A DNA stretch of 64,000 nucleotides. It comes from Coxiellaceae bacterium (GTDB lineage Bacteria > Pseudomonadota > Gammaproteobacteria > Coxiellales > Coxiellaceae). Below the pieces are notes generated by a model. The model was not told the DNA's origin and did no database searches. It worked only from the letters and a program-made list of their open reading frames with translations. Position 1 is the stretch's first letter. Each line of letters begins with the position of its first letter. The stretch covers positions 4,652-68,651 of the forward strand of contig JARGPC010000007.1 in NCBI GenBank assembly GCA_029212885.1, read 5' to 3'. The position numbers and the translations under genes are program-made. This document shows, piece by piece, positions 28,839-37,438 of this stretch.

Positions 28839-29729
28839 ATGTTGCAGCGCGCTTATCGAATGACACTCGTTATTTTATTGTTTTTTTTCAGTAGCTTAGC
28901 TATACCCTCATGCGCCTTAGCCTTTCAAAAAGGTATTTATGTCACCCAGTGGACTGCTATGAATGACAAGAAGTTCAAGAAGCTGATTCAGCGTGCAAAA
29001 GCGGTAGGCATTAACACTTTTGTGATCGACTATTCACGTTATAGCAAGCGCTATCACCGCAACTTACAACTGCTCGATAAGCATGGCATTCATCATGTAG
29101 CTCGAATCGTTATGTTCCCTGGCGGCGCCACCGGGAACCAGATGACAAACCCAAAAATTTGGCAGAAAAAATATAAATTAGTACAACAAATCGCAAAAAT
29201 GGGTGCCGATGAAATTCAGCTCGACTATATCCGCTATAAAGTCGGCAAGCGAGCCTCCAAACAAAACGCCCGCGATGTGCATAAAGTGATTCACTGGTAT
29301 AAGCAACGCGTTAATAAACTAGGCCTACCATTACAAATCGATGTGTTTGGTGTCGCTGCACACAAACCCTCACAGAGCATTGGCCAAAATCTAAAATTAT
29401 TTGCTAACTCTGTCGATGTGGTTTGCCCAATGGTCTACCCCTCGCATTACGAACCGCAGCCTTTCCACTCGCGCCGCCCCTATGAAACGATTGCCAATTC
29501 CCTGCAACTACTGAAAGATCAATTTGGCGGCAAACCGCCATTTAAAGTGATTGCATATATCGAGACTTCCAATTATCGTTATCGCATGGGGTATGGTCCA
29601 CGGATGAACTATATCAAAGCGCAAATTAAAGCAGCGAAAGACTCAGGTGCTGACGGCTGGTATGCCTGGAGCGCCAACAACAAGTACTATACGTTGTTTA
29701 AGTTACTCGAGAGCACTCCATCACTATGA
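28839..29729 (+). CDS. Secreted putative glycoside-hydrolase-like protein (GHL10/DUF4015-like)
   Basis: Signal peptide (MTLVILLFFFSSLAIPSCALA). The TIM-barrel-like family assignment is tentative. Confidence 0.45.
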   Translation: MLQRAYRMTLVILLFFFSSLAIPSCALAFQKGIYVTQWTAMNDKKFKKLIQRAKAVGINTFVIDYSRYSKRYHRNLQLLDKHGIHHVARIVMFPGGATGNQMTNPKIWQKKYKLVQQIAKMGADEIQLDYIRYKVGKRASKQNARDVHKVIHWYKQRVNKLGLPLQIDVFGVAAHKPSQSIGQNLKLFANSVDVVCPMVYPSHYEPQPFHSRRPYETIANSLQLLKDQFGGKPPFKVIAYIETSNYRYRMGYGPRMNYIKAQIKAAKDSGADGWYAWSANNKYYTLFKLLESTPSL

Positions 29730-30376
29730 GCACCCAACAACCTTTTGATGCCGTGATATTTGACTGCGACGGCACCTTGTCGTCAATTGAAGGCATCGTT
29801 GAACTAGCACGCTGGAACGGCGTTGAAGAAACCGTTGCCACCCTCACCGAGCGGGCGATGACTGAAACAGGTATAACACCTGACATATATCGTCAACGCA
29901 TCGAAAGCGCCCGCCCAACACGCCAGCAATGCGAGCAACTGGCAGAAGATTATTATCAACAGCGCACCCCCGCTATTGATCAAGTCATAGAACAATGCCA
30001 ACAACAAGGCATTGCAGTATTTGTAATTTCAGCTGGTGTTAATCCATCCGTGCAACTGTTTGCTGCAAAACTCAATATTGATGAAGACAATGTATTCGCT
30101 GTCGATTTGGATTTCGACGATAAAGGCAACTACCTCGATTACGATCATACCAGCCCGATGACTACCGGTGGCGGTAAACGCATCGTCGTCAAACAAATCA
30201 AACAAGCCTTTGCCAATATCTTATATGTCGGTGACGGCAAGAATGATTTAGATGTATACGATGATGTAAAACGCTTCGTCGGTTACGGCGGCGCTTATTA
30301 TCGCCCCAATATCGAACAGCTGTGTGAACACTACATCAAAGAAAAAAGCATGCAACCGTTGTTGGCGTTTTTGTGA
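29726..30376 (+). CDS. HAD-superfamily hydrolase (phosphoserine-phosphatase-like)
   Basis: Motif I DAVIFDCDGTLS and motif IV GDGKNDLD. Its ATGA overlap with the upstream gene indicates co-transcription. Confidence 0.7.
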   Translation: MSTQQPFDAVIFDCDGTLSSIEGIVELARWNGVEETVATLTERAMTETGITPDIYRQRIESARPTRQQCEQLAEDYYQQRTPAIDQVIEQCQQQGIAVFVISAGVNPSVQLFAAKLNIDEDNVFAVDLDFDDKGNYLDYDHTSPMTTGGGKRIVVKQIKQAFANILYVGDGKNDLDVYDDVKRFVGYGGAYYRPNIEQLCEHYIKEKSMQPLLAFL

Positions 30377-30565
30377 TTTCTCCAAATAACCATTAGAAAT
30401 GATAAAAATAAATAGAAATAATTTATATTAATATCTTGAATCAACACACCCATAAACGCCATTGTCTCTAAACAGGAAACACTGTTATTCCTTTAGCCTA
30501 CTCTTTCTAAGATAAAAATTCCCCTACGCTGTACTGGTTTCTAAAATGTAGTGGGAGTAAAAAAT

Positions 30566-33436
30566 ATGAGCAGAAAGAAACCTGCAGGTAATGAATATCA
30601 TTTAATGGATGAACACGAACCAGTTATGGTGGGTCGACCAGCACCATCAGCACCGCATGCTGGGGTTGGAGACCTCGAATCCAAACATGGTGACGGCATC
30701 GTCCGTGAACAGATCGGCGACACTTGGCCTGCCGACCTAATCAAACCAAGCGCGGCCTTATTATCCAAACCACAATACCAAGGCGGTGATGGCTTTAGAT
30801 CCATGTACCAACAACTCTATAGTCATGCCGGTAATAAATCAGGCGGCACTTCAATGACCTATGACGTGATGATCAATGAAGGCGAATTAGGTTATCACAC
30901 AACACGTGATGGTAAATTAAAATTACTCGGCCTTGGTCGTCACTGGACAGCAGGGCCATTCTCAACTGACAGTAAATGTAAAAAAGTATCATTAAATCAG
31001 GATGAAGTTCATTTACCGCCCGCCACACGTAGTTCACACAGCCGCTTTCACATCGTACGCGTCAACCCCGGCGAAGTAGTCGCCTATCGATCCAACGGTG
31101 TCGATGGCTTTTTAACTGCCGGCAGTGATGAAGATGGCCGATCGGTACCTGGTTATCATGTGATTGAAAACGACCAAACGTTTCGTGTAACGCAACGTCA
31201 CAACATGAATCAACAGCGCGTCCTAGCACATGCTGGCCCTAACTGGATTTTGAAAGTACCGCCAGGTGAAGTATGCAAAGCATTTGTAGGTTCGAAGCCA
31301 GTTTTATTATCGGAAGGCACACATATTTTTAATAATGCTAATTTTCGTGTATCTGATGCACCATTTGTTAAAACCTCATCGAGCCATATTCAACACAATA
31401 ACTTACACATTATACGTTTAGCACGTGGACAAATGATGGCAGTCAAAGAAGGCACCAATTATCATTTGCTCGGCTCACATCAACTACTCGATGAAGATGC
31501 ACTAGAAGCAAGCCATGCAGATATGCTTGATAAACGCGACCCGTCTGAACCACTAGTATATAACATCAATTCACCCTTATTTCAGGTGTTGAAATTAAGC
31601 GGTGCGGGTGATCGCCCAGCGATTTTTCGCACCAGTGATCCATTAATCCAAGCAGGCTCATTAACCGTGGCTTATGTGCGCGAAGGCACACTTTTGCGTA
31701 TTTGGAATAAAGGGAAACCTGAATTTCTCGAGGCCAGAGATAAACCGTATGTCATCAACAACCCAGCCATTCGTCTCGCCAGTGAAACAGACCCTAACCC
31801 TGCATACCGCTACCCAGCATTAGTGAGCAAAGGCGCGAACGTGATACGTCATGGCGCCAAATGCCGCATCTTTGTGCCCGATGGCCAAGTGTTTTTAGGC
31901 CACCTCCGCGGACAAGCCGTGATACTTGGCGCACGCAAATTAATGAAAGAACGCGAAGACTTAGCCGACGTGCTCGACCATATCGATCCAACGGATTTAA
32001 TGAGCGAAGATGGTAGCTATGTTATTGATGATCCTTCATTCCGCTTAGTCGACGAAACAGCTGCACCCACGCTTGGCATACCGCGCTACCAACACGATGC
32101 ATTGGCTAGCGACCGAGACATTCATCATGGTAACGTCACCATCATGCAAGTAAAACCAGGTGAAGTAGCCGTCGTCAAAGACCTTAAAACCGATAGTAAT
32201 ATCACCTACCCAACTGGTACGCATTTAATCGTGTCACCACAACAAACATTAATCGGCAAGTTACCCTGCAGTGAACAACAACAAGTAATGGATCTAGACG
32301 AGCTGGATGCACAAACCAGTGACTTTCATAAACTGATGATCAAAGCATCGATCACTTACCAAATCACTAACCCTAAATTAGCCGCTCAACAAACTGATCT
32401 CATGAACACACTGCAAAAACAATGCCATGCTGCACTCGGCAACTGCATTAGTAGCACTAAACTGGAGAGCATGGGTCGAGGCAATGTACTACACCACTTA
32501 GCCGAAGACGAAACAAAAGTAAGCGAAGAAAAGGATGAAGAAAACGAGCAACCAGCAGATGAATTTCATCGGGCATTCGATAGCGCCAAAGCTATCTTGT
32601 CCGAATCATTGGAATCAATTGGCGTACACCTAGTGGGTATCAATATCCAACAATGGCATCCCGTCAATGAACACGTCAGTGCTAGTTTGGAGGAAGCAAA
32701 CCTAACCACGCTAACCGCAATGCGTGATGTCACCACCACTGAAGCAGCCGCTTTAAAGCAAGCCGCACAAGCCAAAGGTGATGCCGCCACGTTGGTAGCG
32801 GCTGCCAAAGGTGAAGCGGAAGCGCGCCTCGCGGCTTCCGGTGCCGACAACGAATCGCGAATTCAAGCAGCAAAAACCGCTCAAAGCGAACGTCAAATTG
32901 AAGCCGACGGCGTATTAAAATTAGCTAAAGCCAGAGCAAAAGCCACCAGGGTTGAAGCTAAAGCCCAGGCCGCCGCCGCTAAACTCATAGCTAAAGGAAC
33001 GTTAGCTCAAGCAAAGGCCGAAGCCGAAGGTATCAAGCTAAAGGCCTTAGCAGAGGCCGAAGGTAGCAGAAAACAAATGGAAGCTTTAGCACATGCACCG
33101 CCAGGTCACTGGGCGGTTGAAGCAGAAAAAGCCCGAAGCCAATTATTTACGCACGCATCACTAAACATCACTTCAGCTGAATTCCAAAAACTGTGGATGA
33201 TGACAGCGATGAACCCGATACTGCCTGCGATGCAACAAGCAATGGCCGGTGCGCCAAGTATGGCTAGCATGCCTGGTGTACCTGGTCGAATGCCAACAGG
33301 TATGGCGGTTACCGCGCCACCTACTTTGTTTAGACCAGCATCACCTGTCGCAGCACCGAGCGTACCTGTCGCAACTGCGACAGAAGCTCAAGCGGATGCC
33401 GGTGAGTCTAAGACTGCGACAGCAACTAGGGGATGA
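30566..33436 (+). CDS. Large protein with a flotillin/SPFH-like C-terminal region (Ala/Glu/Lys coiled-coil, band-7-like) and a ~600-aa N-terminal extension of unknown function
   Basis: C-terminal AAQAKGDAATLVAAAKGEAEARLAASGADNESRIQAAKTAQSERQIEADGVLKLAKARAKATRVEAKAQAAAAKLIAKGTLAQAKAEAEGIKLKALAEAEGSRKQMEALA resembles the flotillin (YqiK) tail. The ATG at 30566 is preferred over the GTG at 30551 because of the GGGAG 8 bp upstream. The stop codon TGA lies inside the repeat (GGATGACAA). Confidence 0.5.
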   Translation: MSRKKPAGNEYHLMDEHEPVMVGRPAPSAPHAGVGDLESKHGDGIVREQIGDTWPADLIKPSAALLSKPQYQGGDGFRSMYQQLYSHAGNKSGGTSMTYDVMINEGELGYHTTRDGKLKLLGLGRHWTAGPFSTDSKCKKVSLNQDEVHLPPATRSSHSRFHIVRVNPGEVVAYRSNGVDGFLTAGSDEDGRSVPGYHVIENDQTFRVTQRHNMNQQRVLAHAGPNWILKVPPGEVCKAFVGSKPVLLSEGTHIFNNANFRVSDAPFVKTSSSHIQHNNLHIIRLARGQMMAVKEGTNYHLLGSHQLLDEDALEASHADMLDKRDPSEPLVYNINSPLFQVLKLSGAGDRPAIFRTSDPLIQAGSLTVAYVREGTLLRIWNKGKPEFLEARDKPYVINNPAIRLASETDPNPAYRYPALVSKGANVIRHGAKCRIFVPDGQVFLGHLRGQAVILGARKLMKEREDLADVLDHIDPTDLMSEDGSYVIDDPSFRLVDETAAPTLGIPRYQHDALASDRDIHHGNVTIMQVKPGEVAVVKDLKTDSNITYPTGTHLIVSPQQTLIGKLPCSEQQQVMDLDELDAQTSDFHKLMIKASITYQITNPKLAAQQTDLMNTLQKQCHAALGNCISSTKLESMGRGNVLHHLAEDETKVSEEKDEENEQPADEFHRAFDSAKAILSESLESIGVHLVGINIQQWHPVNEHVSASLEEANLTTLTAMRDVTTTEAAALKQAAQAKGDAATLVAAAKGEAEARLAASGADNESRIQAAKTAQSERQIEADGVLKLAKARAKATRVEAKAQAAAAKLIAKGTLAQAKAEAEGIKLKALAEAEGSRKQMEALAHAPPGHWAVEAEKARSQLFTHASLNITSAEFQKLWMMTAMNPILPAMQQAMAGAPSMASMPGVPGRMPTGMAVTAPPTLFRPASPVAAPSVPVATATEAQADAGESKTATATRG

Positions 33437-33568
33437 CAAACCTTGTCATCCCTGGTAAGACTTGTCATCCCTGGCCCCGACCAGGGATCCACATATTACC
33501 CTGGATCCCGGATCACGCCAGCTTCGCTGGCTGTCCGGGATGACAAGCCAAAGTCCGGGATGACAAAT
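33430..33568. repeat. Family 1 hairpin repeat cluster (GTCATCCCTGG / CCAGGGATCC and GTCCGGGATGACAAG variants) between convergent genes
   Basis: At least four half-units are visible. The cluster supplies the stop codon of the + strand gene and the last ~19 codons plus the stop of the minus-strand DAHP synthase. Confidence 0.85.
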
Positions 33569-34739
33569 CACATTCACACAAATGCGACACCAATAACTTC
33601 GACTGCTCCGGATTCAGGCGCGGATCCACAGGCGAATCATAAGCGCGATCAAGATGATGCTCCTCCATCACCGCACCGCCGCCAATGCATTCAGTAACTG
33701 ACTTGTGTGTCATCTCTAAATGCACGCCATGTAAACGACAATTTTTGCGCTGATGAATATCAAGCGCTTGTGTTAACTCATCCATCATTTCTGCACAATG
33801 GCGTGTTTTCACACCTGTCGCCGTGGTAATGGTGTTGCCATGCATAGGATCGCATAACCATAACACCGGCACCTCTGTGGCTAACGCCGCATCAATTAAC
33901 TTAGGTAAACGCTCAGCAATACGCGACTGACCTAAACGATAAATCAAACTCAACTTGCCAGGAATTTTATCAGGATTTAAACGCACTATCATATCCTGCA
34001 AAACTCGATCGGTTAATGTCGGCCCCACTTTAATCGCCACCGGATTTGCAATGCCACTCGCATATTCAATATGAGCGGAATCCGGTTGTGCCGTGCGCAT
34101 ACCAATCCACGGAAAATGTGTCGACACATTATAGTAATGCCCATCATCGGCTTGGCGCGTTAACGCTTGTTCAAAATCTAAATGCAGTGCTTCATGGCTA
34201 GTGATCAATGACGGCCAATGCGAGTCTTGAATCAAACGCAAACAACGCGTTGCCATATCGTAAGCGGTGAGTAATCGCATCGGATCCAATTGCCGTGCCG
34301 TCGCACTCGGCGCCGCATCATTAATCATGTCACCACGATAGCGTGGAATCGCCGCTTCGTTTACACGCTCCAATAGCTCACTGCGTGGCTTTGCAAACTG
34401 GCCAGCAATGCGCCCTACCGGTAACACATCACAACCCAACTGCTCAGACAAATAGTCACTCAAGTCAGTTAATAATTGCAACTGTGCACTAACATGATGA
34501 CTGCTAATATCCAAAAAGCATTCAGCACAATCACCACCCTGTAAAATAAAACCATCGCCAGCGTAAATTTGCTGTAATCGACTATTCAGCGCTTGAATGG
34601 AAGAGATAGATATCAAACCCTGATATTCAGCTAACTGTTTTAATACTACCTGCAATTCAAGCAGCGCCATTTCACTGTATTGGATCGGTTGGAAATTTTC
34701 ATACTGCCGCCATGAAGACGGCGACCATTGCTTTTTCAT
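33513..34739 (-). CDS. 3-deoxy-7-phosphoheptulonate (DAHP) synthase, class II (AroA-II, plant-like)
   Basis: N-terminal WSPSSWRQYENFQPIQY...FILQGGDCAECF with further conserved class II blocks. The C-terminal tail ...CDLSSRTLACHPGQPAKLA is read from the repeat element. Confidence 0.85.
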   Translation of the reverse strand: MKKQWSPSSWRQYENFQPIQYSEMALLELQVVLKQLAEYQGLISISSIQALNSRLQQIYAGDGFILQGGDCAECFLDISSHHVSAQLQLLTDLSDYLSEQLGCDVLPVGRIAGQFAKPRSELLERVNEAAIPRYRGDMINDAAPSATARQLDPMRLLTAYDMATRCLRLIQDSHWPSLITSHEALHLDFEQALTRQADDGHYYNVSTHFPWIGMRTAQPDSAHIEYASGIANPVAIKVGPTLTDRVLQDMIVRLNPDKIPGKLSLIYRLGQSRIAERLPKLIDAALATEVPVLWLCDPMHGNTITTATGVKTRHCAEMMDELTQALDIHQRKNCRLHGVHLEMTHKSVTECIGGGAVMEEHHLDRAYDSPVDPRLNPEQSKLLVSHLCECDLSSRTLACHPGQPAKLA

Positions 34740-34747
34740 GGCAGCAA

Positions 34748-35326
34748 TTATGCGACGCGATCAGCCTGGACGTCAAGCAGGTTGCGGCCTTGTTGTTGCA
34801 GCAATTGTTTAAAATTAAGCACTAAAGAGGTGAAGCGATCAGCATGTACGTGCTGCTGATGACGCAAGAGCTTAAGGTAACGCTGACAAGTAGCTAATTC
34901 GGCATATTTAGCAATGATAATGTTACATTGCTGTAAGCGCGTAACCATTTCATCAGTCACCTCTTCATGCTCAACAGACAGTAGCTGCACCGCATAGAGG
35001 AAACTATTTGAACTGAATTGCGATATATGTACCACGCGGCCATTATCCACCGCATATTGATCAACGAAATCTTTTAGGCATTTGCAGAATTGGTCGACAC
35101 CCGAGTAGCTATAATAACTGCCATCCCGCAGATTTCGCTGAGTCGTCTCTTCCTTAATGATGCCTTGTGCAATTTGAAAGAACTCAAACTCAGTGGTCGA
35201 ATCGAGCTTAACTTTTAGCTTGAGATTCTCGAGTTTTTTCATACGCTCAAATTGCGGCAGAGTCTTACGCAAAATCGTGCGGTACTCACCGATCATCTGA
35301 TATACTTTTCTTGAAAATTCACTCAT
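34748..35326 (-). CDS. Hypothetical protein (192 aa) upstream of, and likely co-transcribed with, the class II DAHP synthase
   Basis: 9-bp gap to the DAHP synthase gene. No domain recognised. Confidence 0.45.
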   Translation of the reverse strand: MSEFSRKVYQMIGEYRTILRKTLPQFERMKKLENLKLKVKLDSTTEFEFFQIAQGIIKEETTQRNLRDGSYYSYSGVDQFCKCLKDFVDQYAVDNGRVVHISQFSSNSFLYAVQLLSVEHEEVTDEMVTRLQQCNIIIAKYAELATCQRYLKLLRHQQHVHADRFTSLVLNFKQLLQQQGRNLLDVQADRVA

Positions 35327-35566
35327 AAATCAATAACTTCAGTTTAATTGCCTAATTAACAGTATCTAATCTAATACCTAATTCTAAGCGATAATACTTA
35401 ACGGAGTATTAAATACACAAATAAAAATTGATCTTATTAATATCTACGTATCAATCTCACCAATAGTTTAGTAGTCACTTGTTTTTGAATGTTTGCTTAC
35501 TATAATGCAGTGTAATTGGATTATTATTGAACTAATCACAGGTCTAGCAACACAAAGGAACGTAAA

Positions 35567-36286
35567 ATGAAGCGAATAACCCCCATTTTGACCTCCGCCT
35601 TAGCCGTATTAGCACTGGCTGCTGTCAGCAGCCTACAAGCCAAGCCGGTTAATACCGATACCCGACACTATGGCAAGCACTTATGCCCAGAGAAAGGCTA
35701 TGACTGCATCCGCGTTAAACGTGGTGATACATGGCGCAAGCTATTCCCCAACCCCAGAGAACGGGATTTAGTGATGCGCTTAAACCGCACCAACCAAGGA
35801 ATACATAACCGTCCATGGATTGTTGTTCCTGCTGATGTAGCCTCTGTCGACATCATGGATGTCAGTCCATTCCCAGACCACATCAAAAATACTGGCGAAC
35901 GAACCATTGTAGTTAGCCTTAAAAAACAAGCATTTGGCGCTTATAACAAGCATGGCTACTTGGTGCATTGGGGGCCCATTTCAGGCGCTAAGGGTTATTG
36001 CCCCGATATCGGTAAAAAATGCGAAACCATGACGGGTACCTTTAAGTTTGTACGCAAAGACGGCCCACGCTGTTATTCCAAGAAATTTCCAGTCGGCAAA
36101 GGTGGCTCACCGATGCCTTATTGCATGTTCTTCTACCGCGGCTTTGCCATGCATGGCTCAACCTTGCCAGGCTATCATGCTAGCCACGGCTGCGTACGCA
36201 TGTTCTTTGAAGATGCGGAGTGGCTGAACAAAGGCTTTATCCGTACCGGTGAACATGGTACACGGATTGTTGTTACCAAAACCTAA
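35567..36286 (+). CDS. L,D-transpeptidase (YkuD domain), secreted
   Basis: Signal peptide and catalytic motif HGSTLPGYHASHGCVRM. Confidence 0.85.
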   Translation: MKRITPILTSALAVLALAAVSSLQAKPVNTDTRHYGKHLCPEKGYDCIRVKRGDTWRKLFPNPRERDLVMRLNRTNQGIHNRPWIVVPADVASVDIMDVSPFPDHIKNTGERTIVVSLKKQAFGAYNKHGYLVHWGPISGAKGYCPDIGKKCETMTGTFKFVRKDGPRCYSKKFPVGKGGSPMPYCMFFYRGFAMHGSTLPGYHASHGCVRMFFEDAEWLNKGFIRTGEHGTRIVVTKT

Positions 36287-36425
36287 GCTGCACCTCTTAC
36301 ACCATTAATCCCGGCATCTTAGCCGGGATTTTTATTTGTAGATACAAGTTCATTGTCCGCCTATCCACCTTGATACCACCCTTAGTCAGAATCGCACGCT
36401 AAAATTGCTAGCTGTGATACAATCA

Positions 36426-36585
36426 CCCCCGAACAATAAGGTTGCACGCTCTGCGTGCACTCAGGTTTGGAAGGTGTTTGAATCACCTCCCAAACCCGCG
36501 CGAATGAAAGCTGACAGTCTCTGTCAGCACGCGCTCCTTCCGGCCTAATGGCCGGGGTCTCAGGCCAACAAGGAATTTTGATGAA
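36426..36585. repeat. Family 2 dispersed intergenic repeat (long form, with internal palindromic insertion)
   Basis: It shares GAACAATAAGGTTGCACGCTC ... CTTCCGGCCTAATGGCCGGGGTCTCAGGCCAACAAGGAATTTTGATGAAT with 22737-22805. The extra segment contains GCTGACAGTCTCTGTCAGC palindromes. Confidence 0.8.
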
Positions 36586-37438
36586 TGCAACTAAATCAAC
36601 TATTCGAGCCATTGGGCAACTGATACGATTCGACAAGCCCATTGGCAGCTTATTATTACTGTGGCCCACGATGTGGGCATTATGGCTCGCCGCCGATGGC
36701 ATGCCGCCATGGCCAATTCTACTGATCTTTATTGCCGGCGTGTTTGTCACTCGCTCAGCAGGTTGCGTGATCAATGACTTATGGGATCGCAGGTTTGATG
36801 GTCGCGTAAAACGCACCGCCACACGACCACTCGCCAGCGGCGCCCTATCGGTTCGAGCCGCATTGGCAGTGCTATTCATCCTAGCTGCCACCGCTTTAGC
36901 ACTGGTGTTATGCCTGAATGCTTTAACGATTAAACTGGCTTTTGTCGGCGTGGTACTCACCGCGTCGTACCCGGCCTGCAAACGATTTTTTAAATTACCG
37001 CAACTGGTGTTGGGCTTAACATTTAATTGGGGCGTGATCATGGCGTTTGCCGCCATACAAAATCATGTGCCAATGATCGCTTGGTGGCTATATGCCATCG
37101 TGAATGTATGGACAATGGTTTACGACACCCAATATGCCATGGTTGATCGTGATGATGATATCAAGCTCGGCCTGCATTCCAGTGCGATTCTATTTGCAAG
37201 CTATGATCGCGTGATCATTGCCAGCTTACAAACCGTAGTCATTGCAGGGTTGTTATTACTGGCCGTAGCGCGCGCCACGCACTGGCCATTTTATTTATCT
37301 TTAGTCATTGCGAGCGGATTATTTGTATATCAGCAACGACTGACATGGCAACAACAACGCGAACCATGCTTTAAAGCGTTTCTAAACAATCAATGGGTAG
37401 GGCTAGTGATTTGGCTTGGCTGGGTATTAGGCAGCTAA
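36584..37438 (+). CDS. ubiA: 4-hydroxybenzoate octaprenyltransferase
   Basis: NDLWDRRFDGRVKRTATRPLASG and a second Asp-rich motif YDTQYAMVDRDDDIKLG. The start is set at MNATKSTIRA. Confidence 0.9.
   Translation, partial: NATKSTIRAIGQLIRFDKPIGSLLLLWPTMWALWLAADGMPPWPILLIFIAGVFVTRSAGCVINDLWDRRFDGRVKRTATRPLASGALSVRAALAVLFILAATALALVLCLNALTIKLAFVGVVLTASYPACKRFFKLPQLVLGLTFNWGVIMAFAAIQNHVPMIAWWLYAIVNVWTMVYDTQYAMVDRDDDIKLGLHSSAILFASYDRVIIASLQTVVIAGLLLLAVARATHWPFYLSLVIASGLFVYQQRLTWQQQREPCFKAFLNNQWVGLVIWLGWVLGS

Noticed and set aside
36382-37056. 224-aa ORF antisense to ubiA
   Set aside because: It lies fully inside the well-supported ubiA gene on the opposite strand and is low-complexity Ala/Arg-rich, an antisense artefact.
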